Position numbers and translations under genes: made by a program. A stretch of 57,614 bases of DNA, filler included, from Dirinaria sp. TL-2023a (Eukaryota), in assembly GCA_051941275.1 (NCBI GenBank). It is 6 parts of 6 records of this genome, joined end to end, with 100 filler letters (N's around TTAATTAATTAA, not from the genome) between each part and the next. Parts side by side here need not be neighbours in the genome. Positions count along the whole stretch, not along the records: positions 19,286 to 28,804 come from JAVEBF010001040.1; positions 28,905 to 38,410 come from JAVEBF010001041.1; 4 more parts are not named here. One strand, 5' to 3'. Below are positions 22,806 to 35,678 of this stretch, piece by piece. Position 1 is the stretch's first letter. The number at the start of each line of letters is the position of its first letter. The notes below the pieces were generated by a model. The model did not search any database. It was given only the letters and a program-made list of their open reading frames with translations, and had not been told where the DNA came from.

Positions 22806-24690
22806 ATGACTCGCCGTACGCCATCGACGTCTTATGCATTTTCAACTCCCCGAAGGTTTATGAGGCGTACCCAAGTATTTACTATCCTTGGTGCTGTATT
22901 CTTCATTGGAATCACACTCGCGCTTCTACGGCAATCCGGACATGGCTATCCTGCTCCCATAAAATCGACTCCGATAGAGCCAGAGTTGCTGGATCCGTCA
23001 AGTCCATTACCTCCTACAACCGCAGATACGCACCCCATCCATGAGCTGATACGGAATGCCCATGATGAAGATGAGAAGCTTAGGAACAGTCAGTCTCAAA
23101 CACTGGACGCGGCTGTATCGGAATACAAACGCAGGTATAGGCTACCTCCGCCGCCGCACTTTGATAAATGGTTTGCCTTTGCAAAAGCAAGAGATGTGCA
23201 ATTCATAGACGAGTACGACATAATATATCATTCTTTGCTACCATTCTGGGCTCTGAAGCCCTTCATCATACGTTCGAGGGCTAGGGAAGCACTTGGCTTC
23301 GACAATTCCTTGCTTGGCCTTCTAATCAGAGATGGCAAGGTCGTCAGTGCCGCCGGTGGTAGCGAATGGCAACAGCAATCTACGACACGTATGGTTGAGA
23401 GCTTTGTTCAACATCTTCCAGACATGGATCTACCATTCAACATTCATGACGAGCCTAGAGTAATCATACCTAACGAGGATTTGAGCCGGATGGTGGCAAT
23501 CGCAAAGGGAAAAACTATGCCCGTGGCCTACACAAACCCTTCGCCGAAGAACATATGGTCTCCTAGGCCGGCTGATATGGATGATGGCAGAAAATATAAG
23601 GAAGTCAAGACAACGAGATTCAATAAATTTGCCCACCAACCTACGTGGACCAACTCAAGAGTTTCTTGCTCGGCAGATAGCCCAGCACGATCACTAGATG
23701 AGAGCATGCAAGATGATCCATCTTCCTACTCCTCGTCAGACTTAGGATTCATATCGAACAAAACGGCCTTTTCCGACGTATGCCTTTCTCCATCTTTGCG
23801 TGAGCGCTTCGGGTTTTTCAATCGGCCCAATGCTTACAATATTGTCCACGATCTATTTCCCGTATTCTCCCAAAGTAAGATCAGCAGCTACCAAGACATC
23901 CTATTTCCCTCACCTTGGTACTGGTCAAACAAAGTAGCCTACAAGGAGAGCGATGACTACGATTGGGAAAAGAAAGAAAATTTGATGTATTGGCGAGGAT
24001 CGACCACCGGCGGCTTCTCCCGGGACGGTGGTTGGAGACGTCAGCATCGACAGCTCTTTGTCGCGAAGATTAATGATCTGGGCAAGGCTAAGATCTTGAC
24101 AAATTATTCCTCGTCTCCTGACGCTGCAGATTGGCGTGTGAAGGAGGTCTCTCGACCAGCCTATAAGGCTTTGTTTGATGTCAAGTTCTCCCATGTTGGT
24201 CAGTGCGATCCTGAAGACTGCGATGCTCAGCGGGAATTTTTCGAAGTGGTGGAGCCTGCAAAGCAGCACCATGCCTGGGCTTACAAATATCTGCTTGACA
24301 TTGACGGCAACGCCTTCAGCGGACGTTTCTACGCTTTCTTGAAGAGCAAGAGTCTCGTGTACAAGATGGCCCTTTTCCGAGAATGGCATGAGGAATGGCT
24401 GCGGCCCTGGGTCCATTATATACCACTTAGCTTTCGAGGAGACGAATACGTCGAGAGCGTGCGCTACTTCAGGGAAGAACGGACAGGGCAAATTGAGGCT
24501 CCGCGAATCGCCAATCAGGGACGGGAGTGGGCCAACAAAGTTCTTCGAAACGAAGATCTCGAGGTGTGGCTGTTCCGCTTGCTACTCGAGTACGTCCATG
24601 CCACGGTACAAGTGGAAGCAATACTGACATCCTTCCAGGTACGGACGCTTGGTGGACGACAACCGGGACACCATCGGGTTCAATGCGTAG
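22806..24690 (+). CDS. Glycosyltransferase family 90 (CAP10/Cxt1-like), type II membrane protein
   Basis: N-terminal TM anchor; EYKRRYRLPPPPHFDKWF, LPDMDLPFNIHDEPRV, YWRGSTTGG, YKYLLDIDGNAFSGRF, WLRPWVHYIP. Intron 24590-24638 gives C-terminus LLEYGRLVDDNRDTIGFNA*. Divergent from the PXA gene. Confidence 0.92.
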
Positions 24691-26347
24691 CGTCCTGCGG
24701 TTTCAGTCTGACGACCAGGAATAAATGTGTTGCTGGATTTCGTATTGTTTCTTTGCTCGATTGAAAACAGCGTTCGCGTGCAAAGGCCGTCTTGCATAAC
24801 ATGATACCCATCTATCTCGTAGCGAGTTCACACCTTTAATTGGTTGTATTTAGGAGGAATAGAAACCTTGATTCTCACTCCATCTACCGTAACTCTTCCT
24901 AGCTGCTCAAACTCTCATCCACGCAAAGGATCCGAGAAGGCTTTCTACATCTGTTTCGAACTTACGGTAGGTATGTAGGTAGGTGGCATTGACAATCTTG
25001 AACACAACCCTAGTAGTTCGCTCCCCCGTGTGCACTTCGAGGTAAGGTAGTAGTGAATGGAAGATGCCTTAAGGTACTTCTAAGCGGGGTTCAGCCCCTC
25101 CTGTGGCTCACGTGGCTCGTACCTACTGTATTGCGATCGGTTCCATCATCCGCGAGCGCAATTGCGTTTGAACGGCATAGATTGAGATGAATGATTCGGG
25201 CATACGTCCTGTATGTAGTGGCACATTGAGGCAAAGTGGATTGAGGTATATCATGGCAAAAATGGTTCCCCCCCCCCTAACCCGACCACCACCACTACTA
25301 TCACCACGCCCTACCTTAAGGTACCCCACTCGACTCCAAAAATACTACAAACCGCTTCCATTATTCTAGAAGCCTACCATGAATGGAAAGCTGCCGTGCC
25401 TGCATTTCCCCCATCCAGCCAGACGGCTCCACTGCTACTTTCTTTCATAAGGAAACAGGAGCCGGGACTTGCGGCATAGCGGAATCCTGACCCCTCACAT
25501 CGATGGTGGTGCGCCTTCTCCCCTTCTATCTGCTCTCCTCAGATTGCTGTTTTATTGTGTGTTGATGACTTCAACTGACTTCAACACCTTCATTCGCGAG
25601 CATCATTGACGCGGCATGGCTTTGAAGCGTGATATCGGGAGCCCGAGATTGCCAAGCTGAATAGTGGTGAAGTCACCAAAAGGTGTAGAACAGGTGTAGT
25701 TTGATTATTAATTGGTGTGGTGGTGGTGGGGAGTACGTGATAGCTCAAAGCTCTAGTTCCGAATCGAGTAGTCATGCCCAGACCCTTGCATAATCCTCGC
25801 CCAGCTCAGCTGCTGAGCCTGCTGCATCTTCCCCAATCTGCTCGGTCCCTTTTGACACTCCTCGACTGTGATCCAAAGAGATAGTTCCCTGCTCGACAAA
25901 CTTCGCGGCTGGTTGCAGCAAGCACTTTGTTGGCACGCAAGGCATTCAAGGCATTGTAACCATTTTTGGCTCGTCGATACGAGCGCTCTATCATAGCGTC
26001 TGACAGGGATCACGATAAGAGTCGTGCCCATTAGCACCTTGTCAGCTTCAGCTGGCAGTACGAATACAACCACAACCACAACCTCCTCAAGTCGTTCAGC
26101 GAAGGAGTTGGCGATATCTGTGAGCCACTGGCTCTACCTGATCTTGGGCACAAGGCCTTGTGCTGCCATGTCCGACTGATAGGTATGGATGATCGAGATG
26201 TGCATGTGCTTTCCCACCAACGGCATCAGGCTGACCCCCCTTACCCCGCCAGACTCCTCCACCACCAACACTGTCGCTACCTTCAGCTTTCAAACATTTG
26301 CTTAGGGAATCAATGTGTAAAATATCATACCGATACCCTTAGTCGCC

Positions 26348-26391
26348 TCGACTCCTAGTCCTCTTGCCTTCGACTCCTAGTCCTCTTGCCT
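26348..26391 (+). repeat. Perfect 22-bp tandem duplication
   Basis: TCGACTCCTAGTCCTCTTGCCT x2. Confidence 0.9.
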
Positions 26392-26560
26392 AAAGAACCC
26401 CCATATGCCTCACTAAACCCCGCTATATGTGCGCTGGTCGGTACGCTTGATTCCTTGTTGGCGGCCGTGGCGATTCTTTGGCCGGGTCGGAATAGGCAGT
26501 CGTATGGTTGGCATGGTCCACGAAACAGTGGATCAGATGGATCAAATAACCGCGGGCGGC

Positions 26561-28636
26561 ATGACTGAGTCCCCTGGGTCATTGACGCCCACCAGTCCGC
26601 ATGCCGAGCCTATACCCATGGACCGGCCGCCCAAACTCAAAGGCCGGAAACGCCTCCTGCAAAGTCTGCAAAGGATCTCTTCTTCACCTTCGTTGGTCCG
26701 GATGGGACGAGCCCCGTCGTCAAACTACAGGACTGAAGGGAAGGCGTCAATGTCGTGCGTATCACTCTCATCTACAATGTTCACGCCGGGACATTCCCAT
26801 GACAATTCATACTCCTCCTATTCCTCCGCCGGTTTCTCCACTGCCCCGACCTCCGTGGCAAGCACTCCGAGATTTGAGCAATTGGATTCAGACTCGAAGA
26901 TCCGCATCCGGCCTGCCCAAAGCAATGATTCCGCGAGCTACTTCTCCCAAGGCCCTACTAGCGTTCCGCTACCATCCGACCTGCGCCATACTTTCAAGGA
27001 ACATGATCCAGCAAAGCCAAAGGTAGATGAGATTGCCGAAGACTATTCCCTTCAGCCGACGGTGAAGGTGAAGGAGCCCAAGCGACGGCCGAACTTCGAT
27101 TTTTGGAACGAGATGCCACATGAGGTCAAGGTGCAAATATTCCAATATCTGAAGCCGAAAGAGATTGTAAAATGTTCAATCGTTTCCAAAGCGTGGCATA
27201 GGATGTGCTTCGATGGACAACTTTGGATGAACATCGACACCGAAGATTACTATCAGGATATCTCAAGCGACTCGCTGGTGAAGCTTCTCACAAGTGCCGG
27301 CCCATTCGTGAAAGACCTCAATTTGAGAGGGTGTGTGCAGATGCGCGAAAGATGGAGTGACGATGGCCAAAAAATCTCGGAGGTTTGCCGAAATCTCGAG
27401 AATTTCTCCCTCGAGGGTTGCAGGATCGATCGGAGAACCGTGCATAATTTCGTGACGAGAAACTCTCGATTGGTGCATATCAATCTTTCGGGGCTGTCGG
27501 CGGTACACCTGAAGACTATGGAACTCATTGGTCAAGGATGCCAACAGCTGGAACACCTCAATGTCTCTTGGTGCCCACACATCGACACGAAAGGCCTCCA
27601 GAAGATCGTGCGGTCTTGTCCCAAGCTGCAAGATCTTCGTGCTGGTGAGGTTAAAGGCTTCAATGACCGCGGTTTTCTCCTCGACCTCTTCCGTGCGAAT
27701 AGCCTAGAGAGGCTTGTTGCGTCACACTGCACGGATCTGGACGATGAATCTCTCAAACTTCTTATCCAAGGCATAGATCCGGAAACCGATCCATTGACTG
27801 ATCGGCCCCTGGTCCCTGCTCGCAAATTCCGTCATCTGGACTTTTCTCGGTGCAGCGGCCTCTCGGATACTGGAATTCAGTCTCTCGCGCATAATGTTCC
27901 CGTACTAGCAGGCCTTGAACTCTCGCACATTGAAGCCCTGACCGATTCGGCTCTTACCGAGCTCCTTCCCTCTGTTCCCCTGCTTACACACCTTGACCTT
28001 GAGGAAGTGAGCGACCTTACAAACAGCACCCTCCAAACCCTTGCAAGCTCACCCTGCGCACCTTTCCTTCAGCATCTCAACGTCAGCTATTGCGAGAATT
28101 TAAGCGACACAGGCGTTCTTCCGGTCCTGAAAACCTGCGCTTCCCTCCGCAGTCTTGTCATGGACAACACCCGCGTCTCGGACCTCGCCCTTACCGAAGC
28201 TGCTGCCCAACTTCGGCTCCGTGATCGCACTCTCACGACTCTTCCTCCTCCAACTCAGAGACCCAAAGTAGCCCTCAGCCTAGTCGTGTACGACTGCGCG
28301 AACGTGACTTGGACCGGTATCCGCGAAGTGCTCAACCGCAACGCCGAGATGCATCGTCGCTCCATCATCAGTCTGAAATGCTTCTACGGCTATCAGGATA
28401 CCGTGAACGAGCATACCAAGCGCGTGCTGCGGGGCGACAGCAAGGCAGCTCAGACGCTGGAGAGGAAATGGGCCGAGTACATGGTCGCTACGGAAGAAGC
28501 AGGGGCCGGGGGAGCAGGGGCACGGCGTCGCCGGAGAAGGGCGAGGGAGGCAGCGATGGTGCATGCCGATGAAGAGGAAGGCGGACCGAGAGGTGGCCGG
28601 AGGAGAGCCAGAAGCGGAGGCTGTATTGTCATGTGA
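26561..28636 (+). CDS. F-box/leucine-rich-repeat protein (FBXL2/20-like) with C-terminal CaaX
   Basis: F-box MPHEVKVQIFQYL...VSKAWHRMCFDGQLW, Cys-containing LRRs (LEHLNVSWC, LQHLNVSYC) and C-terminal CIVM*. Start uncertain (other in-frame ATGs lie just upstream). Confidence 0.9.
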   Translation: MTESPGSLTPTSPHAEPIPMDRPPKLKGRKRLLQSLQRISSSPSLVRMGRAPSSNYRTEGKASMSCVSLSSTMFTPGHSHDNSYSSYSSAGFSTAPTSVASTPRFEQLDSDSKIRIRPAQSNDSASYFSQGPTSVPLPSDLRHTFKEHDPAKPKVDEIAEDYSLQPTVKVKEPKRRPNFDFWNEMPHEVKVQIFQYLKPKEIVKCSIVSKAWHRMCFDGQLWMNIDTEDYYQDISSDSLVKLLTSAGPFVKDLNLRGCVQMRERWSDDGQKISEVCRNLENFSLEGCRIDRRTVHNFVTRNSRLVHINLSGLSAVHLKTMELIGQGCQQLEHLNVSWCPHIDTKGLQKIVRSCPKLQDLRAGEVKGFNDRGFLLDLFRANSLERLVASHCTDLDDESLKLLIQGIDPETDPLTDRPLVPARKFRHLDFSRCSGLSDTGIQSLAHNVPVLAGLELSHIEALTDSALTELLPSVPLLTHLDLEEVSDLTNSTLQTLASSPCAPFLQHLNVSYCENLSDTGVLPVLKTCASLRSLVMDNTRVSDLALTEAAAQLRLRDRTLTTLPPPTQRPKVALSLVVYDCANVTWTGIREVLNRNAEMHRRSIISLKCFYGYQDTVNEHTKRVLRGDSKAAQTLERKWAEYMVATEEAGAGGAGARRRRRRAREAAMVHADEEEGGPRGGRRRARSGGCIVM

Positions 28637-28804
28637 GGGGGGAAAGGCAAGCAAAGAGGGATTTACGACTGGCTTATGCGGATGAATGAAGTCCTTTAAC
28701 GCATGCTACGATGAAGCTATGATTAAGGTACCTGGCGCCAATTAGACCTGAAGAGGGTAGGTAAATCTGCATCACAATGTCGGAGCTATAGGTTCGGGGT
28801 GTGG

Positions 28805-28904
28805 NNNNNNNNNNNNNNNNNNNNNNNNNNNNNNNNNNNNNNNNNNNNTTAATTAATTAANNNNNNNNNNNNNNNNNNNNNNNNNNNNNNNNNNNNNNNN
28901 NNNN
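28805..28904. other. Artificial contig spacer
   Basis: N44-TTAATTAATTAA-N44. Confidence 0.99.
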
Positions 28905-29086
28905 CTTACAGCAGTCCAGCTTTGATGCGACGCCGAGGAGCATGCAGGACTTTATTCGTTCCATGTATCATTTACTGTAACAAGTTGAAGAAGCCGTAAC
29001 TCGCTTGTCAGTCAGACGCCGTCGATCTCTATAGCGGCCTGTCCATCGCTTGAGATCGAAGTCCAGGTTCCATCAGTGGAAAGTCT

Positions 29087-29545
29087 ATGTCCGAACAGAA
29101 ACTCACTGGGCCAGCCAATATGTCGCAAGGAGTAATACCTTTCATCGCCTCTTCCATCGTCAGAGATTCTTTCGGAGCTGTAGGCACGCAGCCAATCAGC
29201 CTTGCCATTTGGGCCACTTGGGCTGTTATCGGTATCATGGTTGTCATGGGGTTGATGATCTGCTATCTAGCCAAAGGATACCAGTTTCTTCGCTCCCAAC
29301 TAAGGAAACTAAGGAGAAAACAGATCGATGGTGAAAGGGATGCGGATCAAGGACACGAAGGAATCATATCGCCCTTAACTCTTGAGTCGGGGGAGCTGGG
29401 AAGAGTCGAGACCAGTGAGCCGGCAGAGGATCTGAACGGACAGCAGGTGGGGAGACAACAAGACGCAACGGAAGCGGATACGGAGAGACGGCGCTCATGG
29501 CTGTGGAAACTATGGGTCAATTCGACGACGCTCCGAAAGACCTAG
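29087..29545 (+). CDS. Hypothetical single-pass membrane protein (152 aa)
   Basis: ATG-initiated ORF with one hydrophobic span (LAIWATWAVIGIMVVMGLMICYL), then a basic patch and acidic tail. No family recognised. Confidence 0.45.
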   Translation: MSEQKLTGPANMSQGVIPFIASSIVRDSFGAVGTQPISLAIWATWAVIGIMVVMGLMICYLAKGYQFLRSQLRKLRRKQIDGERDADQGHEGIISPLTLESGELGRVETSEPAEDLNGQQVGRQQDATEADTERRRSWLWKLWVNSTTLRKT

Positions 29546-31078
29546 ACGCAAGATCTGGAGATGGTGATAGACTGGCACGGAAGCCTTGAAAGCCGGAATT
29601 AGGAGCTTTAAGGGTTGGAGCCATGCACTAGCCAGTAGATGACAGCCAGTGCAGTTTCAGAATAATGACGGTACATGTATATATAGAAAGACTAGATCAG
29701 CGTACTTTTTGGCAAACAAAGATTCAGGAAAATATTGCTGCTCGGAACTCTTGATTTCCATGAGGCTTGCGGATACGATTGACGATACTTAGCAATTAGT
29801 TGACGGCCATAAATTGCTAGCACATAGTCTGTGCTGGGGGTTGACGACTGCATGTGCTATACTTGTACCTCACTAAATCTTCTTGTTGATGAGGTTATGA
29901 ACAGTCGGAAAACTTCGAATCTCTTACGAAAAGGATCCACGTGTAAGTAATATATTAATATGTATGTTAGTACGCTACTCATGCGATGCGGTGGTTTACG
30001 AGACCAAGTCCAGCTCTTTTTAAACATTCGACCTTTTGGATGCTTCACTTGTCGAGGGATTGATCAGTGCGTGCCCAGTACAATACTTTCAATACGGACC
30101 GGAGTAAGGGAAAGTATCCCCGAGCAATCCACGGATCTTGCTGTTCGGCTATGATGTAGTAAAATCACACTGGTGTACATGGAAGCCTTTATCATCTTTG
30201 GCACGTTCCTGGCTGCTCTTCTTTGCCCAGGTATTTAAACTTCCCCTAGTCAAGTAGGCAGGACGCTATTGCTAAGTGTTTACTTTAAGACCACAACAAG
30301 CCTTATGCACTTCCAACCTTCGCTTAGGCTGGATGGTGGCTAGAGGGGTTGGCTGAATCCCCGCTGCGAATGAACCATATCGTTCATCGACCCCACACAA
30401 GCTGGATAGTAGTCTCTTGGTTGGTCCGAAATCCCTCCATTCTTCCCAGCTCCATGGCCGCGTAAACTATATCTACTGCGCCTTGCATCGTCGGCAGAAG
30501 TCCAGGGCATATGGATGCTGCCGTCGGAAGCTTTCCTTTTCAGGTTGTTGTGCTATTCAGGCCTGTTTTGTGGGAGAACACACCATCGAACTTGATGATA
30601 CTGATGCATTCTGAGCGAGGAAGAAAACCTGAAAAGAGTTTGAGATCTGCACAGTAACGCAGTCTAACGGTATCACGACATGGACCTTATCCTGCACAGT
30701 CGTACATTTAGATAGATTGTGATTATGGGTCCATGTTTCTTGACTTCGTTGAATAACTTCGTGTGGATGCCAGAGAACCCGGCCGGAGTACCACTCAATG
30801 CTAGCTGGCTGGTTGCGGAGACAGGTTCCAGGCGCTCGGAACTGCCTTGATGGTTCCCATACCCTATTGAATGGCCTAAAGTATCAATTGATAGCTCCCG
30901 ACCGATGTGATGGGAGAACCCGTTACGGAACACCGAGCAGGGAGCCCGAGGACCAAACACCGATGCAATGCGGGGCAAAAGGGGAGAAACATAATATCAA
31001 GGAGACAGTCGACGATGCTGTGTTTCTATCATCGCATTGTCTCGCCCCTCGAGTTTTTGGTAAGAAAAACAAGAAGTC

Positions 31079-34000
31079 ATGGGCTCCTATACTCCCGGCA
31101 CCACACCTCTTGCCGAAGACAGCGGCCTTGATTTCCCTGAACCGACCCAGACCCTTCATCAGATCTTGACCGAATCCGCTCGCCAGCACCCCGAGAGGAT
31201 CGCTCTTGTATCGTGCGATCAGCCATGGGACCTACTACCCTCACCAGGTCATGCGCAAGAAACCGAGAAGGGAGGTTATCTGCGTTGGTCCTATGCGCAG
31301 CTTGAAAGCACATCGGATATTCTCGCCTCCTATTTTACCAAGAACGGAATTAGCAAGGGAAACCCTGTGGTTGTTGTGCTTTATAGCTGTGCTGAATGGG
31401 CCTTGTGTTTCTGGGCCGCTGCAAAACTTGGATGTCCATTCGTTCCTATCAATCCCGCTATTGTGAGTAGAGCTACTGAAATACAGCACATCTTAAGTGC
31501 CTTGGGCAAAGTCGGTGCATTGGTTGTCAACGATGAGTCAATTGCAAAGCTGCTTTCAAAAAACGCTTCACCAGAGCTGTACACCAGCAGCATCAATTTG
31601 ATTCTTGGCGGCAACGCATCGACCGCGTGGACAAGGTTCAATGATGTCTTCGTAACGCCAGATCTTCCAAAACTCTCTGCAGCCGAACAAAAAATGGAGG
31701 ATGTGGTGCTCATCGTTCTCATAAGCGGTACAACTGCCCTTCCGAAAGGATGCCCGCAATCCAACAAAACCGTTGCCTCCATGTGCACGAGACACAGAAT
31801 CATGTATTCGCTTGACGAGAGACGGATATCATGCAATCACATGCCGTTGTTCCACTTTGCTGGTGTCATGGAGTCGCTCTGGGCTTGGGCTCATGGAGGC
31901 ACTGTCGTATATCCCAACAGGTCATTCGATGCTCGCGCAACGCTCGATGCTATTGACAGTGAACACTGCACAGATATGTGCTTGGTTCCGAGTATGCTCC
32001 GTGCAATGGTCGACCATCCCGTTCTACCAGCCAGGAGTACAGACTCGCTAGGTCTCATCAAGCTTGCTGCCAACGATGTGATGGGCTCCGATGCTCGTGC
32101 TTGCTCTGAGACCCTGCGTGCTAAAATCGTAACAAACTGCTTCGGTATGACGGAGACTAGTGGCATGACCGAAATCTTTGCCTGGACAGACGGTGTGTGC
32201 AAAGACTCTGAGCCGTTTCCCGCTGGCCGCATGGCTCCTGGTGCCAAGGCCCGTATCTGTGCTCCGGGCTCACGCGACCCTCTGAGAAGAGGAGAAATAG
32301 GTGAATTGCATCAGGGAGGCAAAACGATCACTGACAGATATATCGGTGGTGACGATGATGTTTCCAGCTTTTACACGGATCAGGCTGGCTCATGGCACGT
32401 TTCCGGCGACCGAGCTGTCATGGCCGTAACGGGAGAAATATCCGTTTTGGGGCGTTACAAAGACATAATCAACCGGGCGGGAGAGAATATCTCACCTTCG
32501 ACGATGGAGAGAGTTTTGGATGGAACCGAAGGTGTCCAGTCTTCCCAGGTTGTTGGGGTGCCTGACGAGGTCGCTGGAGAGGTTCCTGTGGCCGTGATCA
32601 AGATGATCAAAGATAGCTCGGTTTCCAAGGCTTTGCTTTACGATCGCATAGTCAAAGAGCTAGGGGTTGCATTCGCCCTCGAAAGAGTGATAGACTTCAA
32701 AGACCTCGCAATCGATGACTTTCCCACCACGGCCACAGGCAAAGTCCGTAAAAAGGATGTGAGGCAATTAGTACTGGATCATCTGCAATATGAATCAAAA
32801 GCTTCGACTCGGATGTCTGCTCGAGAGCCAACCGAAGCTGCACTGGCTCGCATTTGGGCCCGTTTTTCTGGCGTTGCAGAAAACCAAATATCCCTAACAA
32901 GGTCGTTGGAAGGGATGGTGGACAGTGTTACTGTCATGCGTTTTCGAAGCCAGGTGAAAAAGGAGCTTGGGAAGACACTCAGCCTTGAGGAGCTGAATAG
33001 AAATCCCACAATCGTAAAGCAAGCGGCTTTACTCGACCGCCAGCAAGACACCGCATTGCAGGGAAGCAGCGCGATGTCTGAACGTGTACGCGATGGGCCT
33101 CCCGGATTGAGCGACCTTGTACACGCCCGAGGTAACCAAGCCGCATTCGATCAGGTTCGGAGAGAGGCTGAGAAAAAGTTGCATGCCTTGGGCCTCTCCT
33201 GGGATAAAGATGTCGAAGAGGTCCTGCCGATTTATGACTTCCTCCAGTACTGGGGAGCGACCACGGATTCTATGATTTTCAGGATCGCCTTCGCATGCGC
33301 CAATGCATCCACCAGCCAGTTGCGCTCTGCGATGGAGATTGTGCTCCCTCAACATGGAATGTTACGAACCATACTCGTCGACAGTCCCTTGACCGGCCCT
33401 TCATGGGTGATGATACGCCCCAGCAGTCACTGGTTCAATTTAACAATCAAAGATGGTGGAGCTGTTAATGAACCAGAGGATTTACTGACCACCGATCTCA
33501 CCAACCTAGAGGCGGGGCCCTCCAAGCCGATACCGCTGTTTTATGTAAAGATATAATTCATCGAGGCCACCAAGACTGCTGGTTTCGTTGCGTATGGCAA
33601 TCACTCATCTTACGATGCCCACTCCATTCTTTCCATCTTCATCGACGACCTCGGAAGAGCCTTGAACAATCCGGTTGCAAAGCTTCCATATCGACCGGCG
33701 TACAGTCTCTTTGCAAATTCATATTACAATTATCGTACCTCGGTCCCGGCTCAGCTCAATCTCGATTACTTCACTTCGCGCCTTAGAGGAATCGCGCAGC
33801 GTCGGGGCGGTCTGTGGCCCCCGGAAACATTTCAGTCGGTGAATGGGACCCCAGCACGGACACCTGATCAACTGTTGCTGAAAGGGAACATCACGCCAGG
33901 CCTGGCGGGAATCGCGAAACATATCAAGCTCGACATGGGCAACAATCAGTACCTCAAAGTTCACAAAATCCCCCACTCCGTCGCCATCAAAGCCGCCATC

Positions 34001-34576
34001 GCCATCTTCAACACGCAGCAGACCGACCACCCGTATGCCTTCTTCAGCAATCTTCAAATGTGCCGCTCCTACCCGTTTATTGAGCGCCAAATCGCTGACC
34101 GCCTGCCTGACCCTATGGACATGCCCGGCGCCACCATCGAGGTCTCCTTCGACAACATCCACCTCGGCCCCACCGAGCCGGTTTCGACTCTTCTACATCG
34201 TATGCATGCTGATCAGAAGGAAGACACGGCTCGCGCGCAGTTCCCAATGCTAGGACTGCGCGATCAGCTCGGAGAAGAAGACGGCGCCTTCCTGGCCGAG
34301 GTGTTGCGGCGACAGGCAGTCAACTACAACCCCGTGGTGACGCAGGACCCGAACGCGACGTTGCAGAACCTGCAGTTTGCAGGCAACGCCAACCTATCGT
34401 TCATGTGGTGGTGCGGGATGGTCGATGCGGAGACGGTGCAGATGAGGGTGACATGGAACGATGAGGTTTTCGGGCCCAAGGACGCTGAGATGGCGATGGA
34501 TGGGTTTGAGAGGAATATGAAATGGCTTGTGAATGGGGAGAATTGGGACAAGCCAATTGGGGAGTGCGATCGTTAA
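31079..34576 (+). pseudogene. NRPS-like A-T-C enzyme (acyl-CoA-ligase-type adenylation domain) interrupted by one in-frame TAA at 33554-33556
   Basis: ANL motifs ISGTTALPKG, FGMTETS, SGD, GRYKDIINRAGENISP and PTTATGKVRK; carrier-domain VDSVTVMRF (Ser at 32924-32926); condensation-like NHSSYDA at about 33599-33619. ORFs 31079-33556 and 33662-34576 share one frame with no other stop. Confidence 0.8.
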
Positions 34577-35678
34577 AGCCCTATGGATTTTGTAGATCTC
34601 ATTCTGTCTGTCCTATCCATCCTATCCAGTTATATCTAGGAAACATGGGAAAAGCATTGTAGCGGGTCTGGGAATTGTCGCGCCTACTTGATAACGTTCT
34701 CTTATACACTACGAGAGTTATTTTTAGTACAAGCAAGGACGAAGAAAATGGAATGTTCCGAGGGGAATGGTATCGTATTGATGATGTTGATGCAAAAGTA
34801 TGCAGTACTCGGGTAGTAAGATAGGGAACCTCGGGACATTCTTATTCACGCACTGTACAGAGTACAAGTAGTGCCTTAATTATGAAATCTTTTGTGCACA
34901 GAATGCATAAACTATTCGTTTTGTGCAAAAAGGAGGGGCCGTTGATACGCGTACAGTATCTTCGTAGTGCCTTAACGTAACTCAGCCTTACCTACTACTT
35001 TCTTAGTTCCGTCACTTCCCCTCATCGAAGATCGCATACAGACCAACACACAGAGAGATCACGAGACCAAAAACCGACCAGACCAAACTGCATTCTGATT
35101 CTCTTCACCCAATCCCACCTCACTTGCCCCTCAGACCTCTCAAATCATCCCACCAAGTCTCCAGCCGAGCCAGCCCACACGATGGAGCCGTTTCATACTT
35201 GCTACTCTTGTTCTCTTCACACATCTTCACCCCGTACCCGCTACGGACTATTACCACCGTACTCTGGTCTCGGTTCCTTTGATGGGCCTAACCTTAACGT
35301 GACTGTAGCCAGAGCCTGAACGGTGCGTCGGTCTCCGTACATCGTCTCACAATCCCACCGGCTCGGTCTCGCTCCCATGCACTCCATTGGCTAGATTGCA
35401 TTGAGACGGGCGAGGTGTCGTGGCTGTCTCTACACGCCAGTAAGTGCTCACATATTGTTCCCGATTCTCGACCTCAACACCCTGATCCACGGGACACAAC
35501 CCCAACATCTCAACAAACTCCCCAATGACCTACGCCTCTGCCTCCGCGCTTTTCCGAGTCCAGAAAAGGCCTTCCCCACATATTCCATTGTATGAGCAAC
35601 GGTGCTGAAATGCCCCTCGATAGCCTCTACATCGACCTCTACGACTTTCCCACCGACAATTCCAAGCCCCCAAAATCC

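Noticed and set aside
30179..30330. Possible tiny secreted peptide gene (MEAFIIFGTFLAALLCP followed by a GT..AG intron)
   Set aside because: Every splice option tried closes within a few dozen codons; insufficient support.
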